Part shown: positions 10,207 through 17,904 of the stretch, one piece after another
How positions within the stretch are numbered: the stretch's first letter is position 1
Layout: every line of letters starts with the position of its first letter
Virus record (IMG/VR): IMGVR_UViG_3300027969_000063
Span: 32,001 to 96,000 of that record
Length of the DNA: 64,000 nucleotides
Reading direction: 5' to 3' (one strand)
Source: a virus
Position numbers and translations under genes: made by a program
Notes under the pieces: model-generated
Databases searched by the model: none
The model's input: the letters and a program-made list of their open reading frames with translations, nothing else
What the model was told of the DNA's origin: nothing

Positions 10207-11213
10207 TTCTTATCCTTTTCACGAAATGCAAACTCTGCTTCATAATCATACTTAGGTTCTAATTTCTTAACTGGTTCTTCATCATGATGTTCACTATAAA
10301 ATCCTGGTGCATGATGAACTCTTTGGAAATTAGATATAGGTGGAATACTTTCACCAGTAACTCCATCGATAACAATATCTTCTTCCGGTTTTATTTCTGC
10401 AATGTTTTCCTTATCAACTTTAACTCTATCATCAACCGGATCTTCTGGCTTTTGAGGCTCTTCTGGCTCAGGCTTTTTATCTGTGAATACGGGAATATCG
10501 TTGGCAGTTAAACCTACCACTTCACCATTACGAACAATTGGCTTACCAACTGATCTGTTGTTCATAGACATATTTGCTGCTATCAATAATAACACAGCTA
10601 GCGGGTCAAATACAACCATGATTAACATGATTACCAATCTTACTGCTTTATCTAAGGCATTATCATCTTCCACTCCATAGATCATATCACCAACATACTT
10701 GATAGGACCAACTTCTGCGGTAAGTTTATTATTCTCTTTGAGTAATGGCAACTTCCGTTTATTGATTTCGGTAAGTTCTTTTTGAGTATCTTGAATTTGT
10801 TTATCGAGGCGGTTACTTGCCGTTGATGGATCTTTGGCACGAGCAAGTAAATAATCCAATCGTTCTTTGGTAATCTTTTCTTGTTGTACTAAAGTTTTAA
10901 TCTCTACTGTATTCATACCAGAGTCCATGGTAGAATCAATATGTGCTTTTGATAAGAAACCAAAAATACCCATCGAGGTAATAATCATCAGAATGACAAC
11001 GGCAAATGTCAAGTATGATTTTAATAAAAGTGGGCAGGTTTTCCAATTACGATACAGCCATGATGTAGTTACCAATTTGCTCAACTCAAGAACCGAACCC
11101 ATAAAAACGATTGGCCAAAATGCGCCAGTAAAAATTGCAGCCAAACCAATAACGGAATAATAGGCTGCAATACCTGATAGTAGTAGTGCTGATAATAGTG
11201 TTAAGAATATCAT
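10203..11213 (-). CDS. membrane protein with 3+1 TM helices flanking a coiled coil and an acidic Pro-rich tail
   Basis: Hydrophobic segments; GIFGFLSKAH, EVGPIKY and VFDPLAVLLLIA motifs; ATG at 11213 overlaps the gp43 stop. Confidence 0.65.
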   Translation of the reverse strand: MIFLTLLSALLLSGIAAYYSVIGLAAIFTGAFWPIVFMGSVLELSKLVTTSWLYRNWKTCPLLLKSYLTFAVVILMIITSMGIFGFLSKAHIDSTMDSGMNTVEIKTLVQQEKITKERLDYLLARAKDPSTASNRLDKQIQDTQKELTEINKRKLPLLKENNKLTAEVGPIKYVGDMIYGVEDDNALDKAVRLVIMLIMVVFDPLAVLLLIAANMSMNNRSVGKPIVRNGEVVGLTANDIPVFTDKKPEPEEPQKPEDPVDDRVKVDKENIAEIKPEEDIVIDGVTGESIPPISNFQRVHHAPGFYSEHHDEEPVKKLEPKYDYEAEFAFREKDKK

Positions 11214-13744
11214 GAGAAAAAATCCTCTAGTGAACTTACCTTTTCTGTCGACCAACCCATACATTCTAGAATAACCCTAATTGGTTCTATGAATGCTTTA
11301 TCAAACTGTGTGTCATAATCGATATACTGTTGCATTTCAAATTCCTTTGGTAAGCGTGACGGAAATGAAATGACCATATCTTTAAACGGGTTTGGCATTT
11401 TCAAATAAGTAAATTTAACTTTCTCACCTTCTTGTATGAGTGGATATTTTTTGGTTAGATTTAATTTATTTAAGTTATGATTATATATGATGGCACCCTT
11501 CACATGAATGGGTGTTCCCTTTTTATATAGTGATAAAGAATCGGAGTAATTCTTCAAACCGTTCAGGCCTCTTGGAAAAGAGATATCTTCTACCGGTAAA
11601 GTTTTAAAATATTCTTTAAACTCAGCAATAAATTTATGTACATCATCTTCTGTACCAGTTACCAACAGTTTAATCAACTCATACATCTTACCACGAATAA
11701 CGGATGGTGTCGATGACTTCACCATTTCAAGACCCATTACCTTGAGTTGGGGTTCATTATACTGTACGCCTTCGTTATTATACACATTAAGGATGTATCG
11801 TTTCTTGGCAGTCCAAATACCTTTGTCAGAGAGGCCTTCCCTCTTCATCTCCATTTTCTGCTGATACGCATTAACATACTCACCAAGTTCATCGTAACTT
11901 TTATCAATGAAAGGTTGTATTTTATCTTCACATATCTTATCCATGAAGGAGATGACTTTGTTAGGTTCGCTTGTATCTTTAATAAATTTGCTGACCAACG
12001 GACCAAGCTTAAGATAAATCGAATCTGTATCTGATGCAATGACATAATCTTCCTTACTTTGTAATAACTTATTCATCCAGCCATTAAGTTTGGCTTCTAT
12101 CCAACGAATACTTAATTGCCCAGCAGTTGTGACACCGAGTGCCATGCGTAAATCGTAAAAGCGAAAGTACTGAGAGCCCAGAGCACCGTAAGCTGAGTTG
12201 AGGGAAACTTTCTTTGCCAACTGGATGTTATTGTACTTTGCAATTCGTTTTTCAATTTCATAAAGCTTGGAAGGATCTTTTTCATTCTCATATTCCTGTT
12301 TTGCTTTTAACATTAAGTTCTTAAACTTCTTACGATCAGTATACATCTCTTCCATCATCTTAGGTAAGAAACCTTGGAAGTCTGTACGAAAGAATTGGCC
12401 ATTAGGAGTTATTGTTGCACCTTCAAGTTTAGATAAATCAATTTTCTTATCCAACAACTTATTCACATCAACGCCTGATGAAAGTATTTTACGCATCTCA
12501 TCTGTATAGTTCTCAGGTTCAATCAATGTTTCTGGACTGATATTGTATTGCATCATCAAATGTGGATACAAAGAGTTCAAGTCAAATGAGGCAACCCAAT
12601 CGTGCTTGCCTACTTGAACCTCTTTAACATAGGCACCTTCAAATGCCGAATCTTTACTCTTGGTAATTCGTGGTGGAACAATAATACCTTTCTCAAAGAG
12701 ATAGGCATATGTCATTGAATCCCACATACGAGTTTGAGCAAAAATATCTTCAAAGTTGGTTTTAGTATCATAGGCCAAGGTTACTCCTAGTTCAAGTAAC
12801 TTTAACTTTTCTTCCAACTTGATAATGATCTCAACGTCACGAATGTTATATTCAATAAATTTCTGGAAGTTTAGTCGATATAAGGTATGGAGATTATCAT
12901 ATTCATCATAGGCAATCTTACCTTCACCCAACTCAACTTGAGCAATGTTATCCAACCGATACGATTCTTGCGACTTACCACCAGGAGCATACCATTTGTA
13001 TAGTTCGATATAATCAAGTGAGGCAACACCAACAAGATAGTATTCGGTCATCTCACGACCATTGATGATGGCTTTTCGTTCTGAAATATAATTCCAAGGA
13101 GATAGTTTCTTGGTTGCATCTTCTCCAAGAAGTTTCTTAAAACGATTTACGATGTATGGTATATCAAAGAATTTGGTATTCCAACCAGTAATGATGTCAG
13201 GACATTTACTTGTCCACAAGGCCATGAATTGTTTACATAAAGAATATTCATCTTTACATTTCACATAGATTTCTTTACCTTGTGTTTCATAGATTCCACA
13301 ACCAAAGACATAGGTCTCACCATTAAGATATTTCACACAAATGGCTGTGATAGGTTCATCTGCTTTATATGGATCAGGAAACCCATTCTCAGAACCTACC
13401 TCGATATCGATTACGGCAATTGAAATTTTCTCATAATCATAGTCGACCATACCATTGTGTTCATCGGCAATAAAAGCATATTCAAAACGAGTTTGACCAT
13501 AGATTTTAGAGGCGTTAGCCACACCATCAAATTGCTTGATAAAATCTCTGGCCGATTTGGTATTGCCAAAGATTTTCTGGTCGAGGTAATCACCTTCGAG
13601 TGTGGTGAAGTTTGTTATTTTCTTGGATGGCAAATACAAAGATGGAGAATACTCTATCTTATCTTTGATTCTTTTACCATCAACAACACCCCGATAAAGG
13701 ATGTTGTTACCAAAACATTGGACATTTGTGTAGAATTTTGTCAT
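11210..13744 (-). CDS. gp43: family B DNA polymerase (T4 gp43)
   Basis: DIEV exonuclease motif, SFDLNSLYPH, KKVSLNSAYGALG, ASDTDS, KKRY. Confidence 0.98.
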   Translation of the reverse strand: MTKFYTNVQCFGNNILYRGVVDGKRIKDKIEYSPSLYLPSKKITNFTTLEGDYLDQKIFGNTKSARDFIKQFDGVANASKIYGQTRFEYAFIADEHNGMVDYDYEKISIAVIDIEVGSENGFPDPYKADEPITAICVKYLNGETYVFGCGIYETQGKEIYVKCKDEYSLCKQFMALWTSKCPDIITGWNTKFFDIPYIVNRFKKLLGEDATKKLSPWNYISERKAIINGREMTEYYLVGVASLDYIELYKWYAPGGKSQESYRLDNIAQVELGEGKIAYDEYDNLHTLYRLNFQKFIEYNIRDVEIIIKLEEKLKLLELGVTLAYDTKTNFEDIFAQTRMWDSMTYAYLFEKGIIVPPRITKSKDSAFEGAYVKEVQVGKHDWVASFDLNSLYPHLMMQYNISPETLIEPENYTDEMRKILSSGVDVNKLLDKKIDLSKLEGATITPNGQFFRTDFQGFLPKMMEEMYTDRKKFKNLMLKAKQEYENEKDPSKLYEIEKRIAKYNNIQLAKKVSLNSAYGALGSQYFRFYDLRMALGVTTAGQLSIRWIEAKLNGWMNKLLQSKEDYVIASDTDSIYLKLGPLVSKFIKDTSEPNKVISFMDKICEDKIQPFIDKSYDELGEYVNAYQQKMEMKREGLSDKGIWTAKKRYILNVYNNEGVQYNEPQLKVMGLEMVKSSTPSVIRGKMYELIKLLVTGTEDDVHKFIAEFKEYFKTLPVEDISFPRGLNGLKNYSDSLSLYKKGTPIHVKGAIIYNHNLNKLNLTKKYPLIQEGEKVKFTYLKMPNPFKDMVISFPSRLPKEFEMQQYIDYDTQFDKAFIEPIRVILECMGWSTEKVSSLEDFFS

Positions 13745-14055
13745 TAACCTGTAATAATTTGTTTTTGTGGAGGTACAACAAGGCCGGAACCAAAGATTTG
13801 CTTGTAATTATTAACAAAATCTTCTGCCGGTACATAGGAGTATACTACATGTTTCTTGGCCAAGGCAACCGTGGCACCAGTCTTTTGTTCGGCATGAAGT
13901 GGGAATGGAGAGAATCCAATATTAGGTTGGCCATCTTTACCACGGACTACCGTGATACCTACTGGATTGACAATGACAAATTCAGTTTCGGATTGAGAAT
14001 CGATCTCACCTAAGATATCTTCACCGGTGATTAATTTTAAAGCAATGATTTCCAT
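13744..14055 (-). CDS. Sm-like fold hypothetical protein
   Basis: IIALKLITGEDILGE N-terminus typical of T4-like Sm-like proteins. Confidence 0.55.
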   Translation of the reverse strand: MEIIALKLITGEDILGEIDSQSETEFVIVNPVGITVVRGKDGQPNIGFSPFPLHAEQKTGATVALAKKHVVYSYVPAEDFVNNYKQIFGSGLVVPPQKQIITG

Positions 14056-14071
14056 GTTATTTCCTTTTTAT

Positions 14072-14079
14072 TATAAATA
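14072..14079 (+). promoter_or_regulatory. T4-type late promoter TATAAATA for the plus-strand operon
   Basis: Exact consensus upstream of the ORF at 14151. Confidence 0.65.
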
Positions 14080-14101
14080 CTTACAATGATTTGAACATTT
14101 A

Positions 14102-14130
14102 ATTATACTATTTTTTATCCTTTTTGTCAA
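14102..14130 (-). promoter_or_regulatory. sigma70-type early promoter for the Sm-like/gp43 operon
   Basis: TTGACA-17 nt-TATAAT, perfect consensus. Confidence 0.85.
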
Positions 14131-14150
14131 CACAATAATGGTATACTTAG

Positions 14151-14594
14151 ATGCCCGATCCAATATCTGCTGGCGGCCAGACCGCTGTTTCCTCTTTGAA
14201 AAGTGCGCAACAAGTTGGTAAACAACTAGGCGCTGTGGTTGCTGATCAACAAGCCGACATGGAAAAATCGGTCCAAGAACAGCATAAACAAAGGCTCTTG
14301 GCACAAAAAAGAAAAGACTATGAGCACTCAATAGAAGAGTTTAGAGCCTTTGAAAGATATGAGAAAGATAAAGCTCACGAAAAAGAAATAGCAAAAATTA
14401 AAGCTCAAGCCATTGCAAAATATGGTGCTGGTGCTTGGAATGAAATTGAATCATTAAAACAGAAATTGAAAAAAGAAAAAGAAGAAGAAGCAAAATTAAT
14501 GGACAAAGATCGTGAAAAGGTCCAAGAATTATTCTGGTGGTGTATGACGGCAGCAGCTTTAATAACATATTTTTTTAAGTTGTATAAAATATGA
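14151..14594 (+). CDS. coiled-coil protein with a C-terminal TM helix
   Basis: Charged heptad-like body, C-terminal LFWWCMTAAALITYFF; the only sizeable credible plus-strand gene. Confidence 0.7.
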   Translation: MPDPISAGGQTAVSSLKSAQQVGKQLGAVVADQQADMEKSVQEQHKQRLLAQKRKDYEHSIEEFRAFERYEKDKAHEKEIAKIKAQAIAKYGAGAWNEIESLKQKLKKEKEEEAKLMDKDREKVQELFWWCMTAAALITYFFKLYKI

Positions 14595-14680
14595 AAAAAT
14601 TGCAACCAACAGTTTTTATTTTAGTTTTGATTCTTTGTTTGGTATTAATGGTAGTTGAATCGGGACACGTTTTCAAATAA
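14591..14680 (+). CDS. 29-aa single-TM micropeptide
   Basis: MKKLQPTVFILVLILCLVLMVVESGHVFK; ATGA overlap with the upstream stop. Confidence 0.55.
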   Translation: MKKLQPTVFILVLILCLVLMVVESGHVFK

Positions 14681-14697
14681 ACTAAAGTGAGGTTATT

Positions 14698-14778
14698 ATG
14701 TTATCTAAAATTGTTTTTATATTTTGTTTTTTAGGAATGTCGTTGTTAATGATAATGGAATCTTTAGCTAAGTTTTAG
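14698..14778 (+). CDS. 26-aa single-TM micropeptide
   Basis: MLSKIVFIFCFLGMSLLMIMESLAKF; GAGGT RBS. Confidence 0.55.
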   Translation: MLSKIVFIFCFLGMSLLMIMESLAKF

Positions 14779-14779
14779 C

Positions 14780-14920
14780 CTATCTTCCTCTTCCCGCTTT
14801 TCTCATCACATTAGGTTTTGGAACAAACTTAGGTTTATTAACCTTTGGTGCTGGTCCTACTGGCTTTAGATCACGAACCTTTTTTAATTGTTCTTCACGA
14901 AATTTTTTGTCATCAGACAT
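14780..14920 (-). CDS. small basic protein (46 aa)
   Basis: AGGAG RBS; MSDDKKFREEQLKKVRDLKPVGPAPKVNKPKFVPKPNVMRKAGRGR. Confidence 0.6.
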   Translation of the reverse strand: MSDDKKFREEQLKKVRDLKPVGPAPKVNKPKFVPKPNVMRKAGRGR

Positions 14921-14929
14921 ATTTTCTCC

Positions 14930-15166
14930 TTAATAGATAAAAACAACTTCCGTAATGGGGATAACATAATCTTCATCGGCTACCTTAACCGCTTTATTCC
15001 AATTCACCAGTAACTCATCACCAATCTGTACTTCATCAACTTTAGGACCAAGAGCAACAACTTTTGCACGGTCTGGTGCTTCTGTGTACTTTAGAATGAT
15101 ACCTGATGCCGTCTGTTTCTCTGCGGCGATTCTTGTCACAATGATATTATTTTTTAATGGTTGCAT
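14930..15166 (-). CDS. groES: co-chaperonin GroES (Cpn10)
   Basis: MQPLKNNIIV...EKQTASGIIL...AKVVALGPKV...IGD. Confidence 0.85.
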   Translation of the reverse strand: MQPLKNNIIVTRIAAEKQTASGIILKYTEAPDRAKVVALGPKVDEVQIGDELLVNWNKAVKVADEDYVIPITEVVFIY

Positions 15167-15324
15167 AATTTTCTTTCCGCAATAGCTCTTTGAATTTTGT
15201 TGATATGTTTTTTACGAGCACCTTCAAGTAGTTTCTCTAACTGTTCAATATTCAACGGACCTAATCTCTGTTTACCATTTTTGGTCAACATTGGATTTTT
15301 CTTTTTAGATTTTGCAACAGCCAT
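15154..15324 (-). CDS. small basic protein (56 aa)
   Basis: MAVAKSKKKNPMLTKNGKQRLGPLNIEQLEKLL...; AAGG RBS. Confidence 0.55.
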   Translation of the reverse strand: MAVAKSKKKNPMLTKNGKQRLGPLNIEQLEKLLEGARKKHINKIQRAIAERKLCNH

Positions 15325-15341
15325 AATATACCTTTTAAAAG

Positions 15342-15415
15342 TGGAGCGGGATATTGGAATCGAACCAATAACGAGAGGTTGGAAACCTCTAGTTTTACCA
15401 TTAAACTAATCCCGC
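15342..15415 (-). tRNA. tRNA-Gly(TCC) with encoded CCA
   Basis: GCGGGAT/ATCCCGC acceptor stem, D-loop AATGGTA, AGAGG-TTTCCAA-CCTCT anticodon arm, TTCGATT T-loop, U73-CCA. Confidence 0.95.
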
Positions 15416-15419
15416 ATGG

Positions 15420-15477
15420 ACTACATTAGCCACAGTTTCTATGTTTGCTACCGATAACTCGGTTCGTCTAATGCAGT
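15420..15477 (-). ncRNA. three-way-junction structured element between the two tRNA-type genes
   Basis: ACTGCATTAG/CTAATGTAGT closing stem encloses the hairpins ACCGA-GTTA-TCGGT and CATAG-AAA-CTGTG. Confidence 0.5.
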
Positions 15478-15483
15478 TTAAAC

Positions 15484-15550
15484 TGGAGCGGTGGTCTGCT
15501 ATGCTCAGATAATATAAGAGGGTATCTCACATCGTACTATTACACACCGC
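15484..15550 (-). ncRNA. non-canonical tRNA-Gly-like RNA (67 nt)
   Basis: GCGGTG/CACCGC-T-CCA acceptor; 3-bp mini D-arm; 7-bp stem with loop ATACCCT; 4-bp T-stem with non-canonical loop AGCATAG. Confidence 0.75.
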
Positions 15551-15553
15551 ATA

Positions 15554-15673
15554 TTACTTTTCTTTATCTTTTCTTGCCTTACCTTTTGCTTCAATTCTGG
15601 CAAGTAAATCTAATAATTCTTTTTTAGTTAACATTCTACCCCAAGAAGGAGTGTTATTTGCTTTTTCTGTCAT
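15554..15673 (-). CDS. small hypothetical protein (39 aa)
   Basis: MTEKANNTPSWGRMLTKKELLDLLARIEAKGKARKDKEK. Confidence 0.4.
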   Translation of the reverse strand: MTEKANNTPSWGRMLTKKELLDLLARIEAKGKARKDKEK

Positions 15674-15680
15674 ATGTAAC

Positions 15681-15710
15681 ATGATATCATTACTTATACA
15701 TCATTGTCAA
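15681..15710 (-). promoter_or_regulatory. sigma70-like promoter upstream of the tRNA locus
   Basis: TTGACA-18 nt-TATCAT. Confidence 0.5.
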
Positions 15711-15875
15711 ATGGTTATAGCAAAATATACCAAAATAAACTTTACTATAACCACTCTTCTTAGACTTCTCTAAACGCCTTACTGCTTTGTTACTTTTACG
15801 ATGAACTCCAGCCTTACGAAACAATGCCAACTTGACAAGATAGTTTCGTGGTTGAGGAGTAGTTTTCTTTTTCAT
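15690..15875 (-). CDS. small basic hypothetical protein
   Basis: AGGAG RBS; PRNYLVKLALFRKAGVHRKSNK. Confidence 0.55.
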   Translation of the reverse strand: MKKKTTPQPRNYLVKLALFRKAGVHRKSNKAVRRLEKSKKSGYSKVYFGIFCYNHLTMMYK

Positions 15876-15906
15876 GATACTCTCCTGTTGATAATACTTT
15901 ATAAAC

Positions 15907-16419
15907 TTATTGTGGGGGTTTCCAACCTAGAGATTCTGGAACAATCTGACTGTCCGGATCTTGAATGCCAAAGAATACTTCCCACAATTTCTCTTTTATT
16001 GCGAACTTACTAAACAAACCAACTTCTGTTCCAAATGCTTCTATTTCCCAAGGCTGAACCCAATAATCCATACTATCAGAATCAACCTTCTTTCCTTTCC
16101 AACGAGTTAATGTTTCGTTGGTTTCATTATAAGCATATTGCTTAATGTGTGTCATTTCGTGTGCCAAGGTTTTTAATATCTCAGCTGCACCAATTCCAGG
16201 ATGAAGTTCAATTTGAAACTCTCTCGCCTTACGACTTTCATTGTACTCTAAAATTTCAGCGTAACCATAGGCCTCAATCTTAGGATTAAATCTAATCCGT
16301 AGATAGATATTTTCTCTTAACTTTGGTGATATAAGTTGTTCAGCATAAAATACAGCAGCTCGTTTTACATACGGCCTGAAGTGCTTTTTATCGGGACAAC
16401 CAACTATACTTAGCTGCAT
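15907..16419 (-). CDS. putative zinc metallopeptidase (SprT-like, HExxH)
   Basis: TLAHEMTHIKQY...PWEIEA. Confidence 0.75.
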   Translation of the reverse strand: MQLSIVGCPDKKHFRPYVKRAAVFYAEQLISPKLRENIYLRIRFNPKIEAYGYAEILEYNESRKAREFQIELHPGIGAAEILKTLAHEMTHIKQYAYNETNETLTRWKGKKVDSDSMDYWVQPWEIEAFGTEVGLFSKFAIKEKLWEVFFGIQDPDSQIVPESLGWKPPQ

Positions 16420-16515
16420 TTGGGGCCTCTCTCCTTAGTAAATTGACCCAATACAAAGCTATTTAGGAACCAAACTCTTTTCACCAGGTGAAATCACAAT
16501 ACTACTTTAGATACC

Positions 16516-16544
16516 ATTATAACACACTTCTCCAAGAAAGTCAA
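16516..16544 (-). promoter_or_regulatory. sigma70-type promoter
   Basis: TTGACT-17 nt-TATAAT. Confidence 0.75.
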
Positions 16545-16556
16545 GCCGTCTGTCTA

Positions 16557-16730
16557 CTACCATTCACCATTATCAAACCATAAACGAATTGTAACAGGCA
16601 ACAATTCAATCACCAAAGCATCTTGTTCCCAAGCTTCATTCGACTTGTTATAATTAAAACTAATTCTCCAATGAAATGGATTTAATTTAAAAGTAATATT
16701 ACAACCAGAGTACATTAGCCAATCAATCAT
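16557..16730 (-). CDS. hypothetical protein (57 aa)
   Basis: MIDWLMYSGCNITFKLNPFHWRISF...LWFDNGEW; TAATG coupling to the upstream ORF. Confidence 0.6.
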   Translation of the reverse strand: MIDWLMYSGCNITFKLNPFHWRISFNYNKSNEAWEQDALVIELLPVTIRLWFDNGEW

Positions 16731-16933
16731 TATATTCCTAACTGAGATTTAATATATTTGTCTTTCAACATATCTGGTATGTTTAGATATGGTTCTTCTA
16801 ATAGAAAAGGACAAGGAGATCCCCACCTGTTTTCATTTAAAAAATATCTCAATAAATTTATATGATACTTATTTCTTGGATCAAACAAATATTTTGGATT
16901 GCCCAATGTTTGTTGCTGTGTTAGAAAACTCAT
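16730..16933 (-). CDS. hypothetical protein
   Basis: FDPRNKYH...WGSPCPFLLEEPYLNIP; coupled ORF. Confidence 0.6.
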   Translation of the reverse strand: MSFLTQQQTLGNPKYLFDPRNKYHINLLRYFLNENRWGSPCPFLLEEPYLNIPDMLKDKYIKSQLGI

Positions 16934-17175
16934 TTAATATACTCCACATTATCTTTGCGCATGTAAAAAACCACCTGATTTTTTTTTGGATCAGGTACTT
17001 CTCTAACTACGGGAATAAAAGTTATACCTTCAATCTCATTGGTTGACCAATTCGAATAAGTGTAATAGACATCTTGATTCGTTTTTGAACGAACCTTTTT
17101 AAGAATGGCTTTACCGCCAGTTGTCATGGCAATATAACCAGGTCGAGAGGGTTTAGTTTTGTTCCAGTTTTTCAT
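16930..17175 (-). CDS. hypothetical protein
   Basis: ORF directly downstream of a consensus promoter; start uncertain. Confidence 0.55.
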   Translation of the reverse strand: MKNWNKTKPSRPGYIAMTTGGKAILKKVRSKTNQDVYYTYSNWSTNEIEGITFIPVVREVPDPKKNQVVFYMRKDNVEYIK

Positions 17176-17181
17176 GATATA

Positions 17182-17210
17182 ATTATAACTCAAAAGGAGG
17201 GGGCTGTCAA
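17182..17210 (-). promoter_or_regulatory. sigma70-type promoter overlapping the hsp20 terminator
   Basis: TTGACA-17 nt-TATAAT; the -35 box lies in the terminator loop. Confidence 0.8.
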
Positions 17211-17219
17211 GAGCCCCCT
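17192..17219 (-). terminator. intrinsic terminator after hsp20
   Basis: GGGGGCT-CTTGAC-AGCCCCC followed by TCCTTTT. Confidence 0.7.
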
Positions 17220-17280
17220 GTATTATCTACCGTTTGGGTAGTTCAATTGTTCCCATTCCTCATCGGATACAGGCCACCAG

Positions 17281-17748
17281 TTACTCATCTTTTGATTTTA
17301 CGGCAATCTTCTTTACCGCATCCTGTGCTTTTACCATGGCTTCTAACCAGATTTTAAGCATACCATTAGTAATTACGGCATCCTTAATCTCTACCTTATC
17401 GGCAAGAGTAAAGGTACGAGAAAAATTACGGTTGGCAATACCTCTGTAGATGAAACTAGCCGGATCTTCTTCAGATTCAACTGCAGAACCTTTGATTACC
17501 AATTTACTACCGTCTAAGGTAACTTCAATATCAGTTTTAGCAAAGCCAGCAACTGCCAGTTCGATGACATACTTGTTGTCTTTTACTTGTTTGATATTGT
17601 ATGGAGGGTAGCTAGTTGTTGCTTTAGCGACTGTTTCAGATACTTCACGGATTTGGTCCAATACGTCATCGAAACCAACTGTGAACGGATCCAAAGTTTT
17701 GTGGAGGGAAGCCCATTGTGGGATTAAAGATAAAGTTGTGCTTGTCAT
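17281..17748 (-). CDS. hsp20: small heat-shock protein Hsp20 (IbpA-like)
   Basis: SYPPYNI, IELAVAGF, YRGIANRNFSRTFTL, NGMLKIWL. Confidence 0.95.
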   Translation of the reverse strand: MTSTTLSLIPQWASLHKTLDPFTVGFDDVLDQIREVSETVAKATTSYPPYNIKQVKDNKYVIELAVAGFAKTDIEVTLDGSKLVIKGSAVESEEDPASFIYRGIANRNFSRTFTLADKVEIKDAVITNGMLKIWLEAMVKAQDAVKKIAVKSKDE

Positions 17749-17754
17749 AGATTT

Positions 17755-17771
17755 CTCCTTAATTAAGCGAG
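17755..17771 (-). promoter_or_regulatory. ROSE-like RNA thermometer hairpin sequestering the hsp20 Shine-Dalgarno sequence
   Basis: CTCGCTT-AATT-AAGGAG: UCGCU pairs with AGGA leaving a bulged G. Confidence 0.65.
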
Positions 17772-17808
17772 TTACATTAAATTAAGATACCCCGAAGGCA
17801 TATCTGGT

Positions 17809-17901
17809 TTATACTGGTTACGGTATCCAGCGGCATCGTAACGTCATGCCCGCTTTAAAACGCTTCGTAAACTTAGCGGTCCTAAGGTGAAGCCAGTATA
17901 A
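17809..17901 (-). ncRNA. multi-stem structured RNA in the hsp20 leader
   Basis: TTATACTGG/CCAGTATAA outer stem; inner GCTTC/GAAGC, CTTAG/CTAAG and GGCAT/ATGCC stems; begins just after a late promoter. Confidence 0.6.
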
Positions 17902-17904
17902 TCT

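Noticed and set aside
15416-15483. Theta/HDV-like or hammerhead ribozyme next to the tRNAs
   Set aside because: The required catalytic core motifs were not found; retained only as an unnamed structured element.
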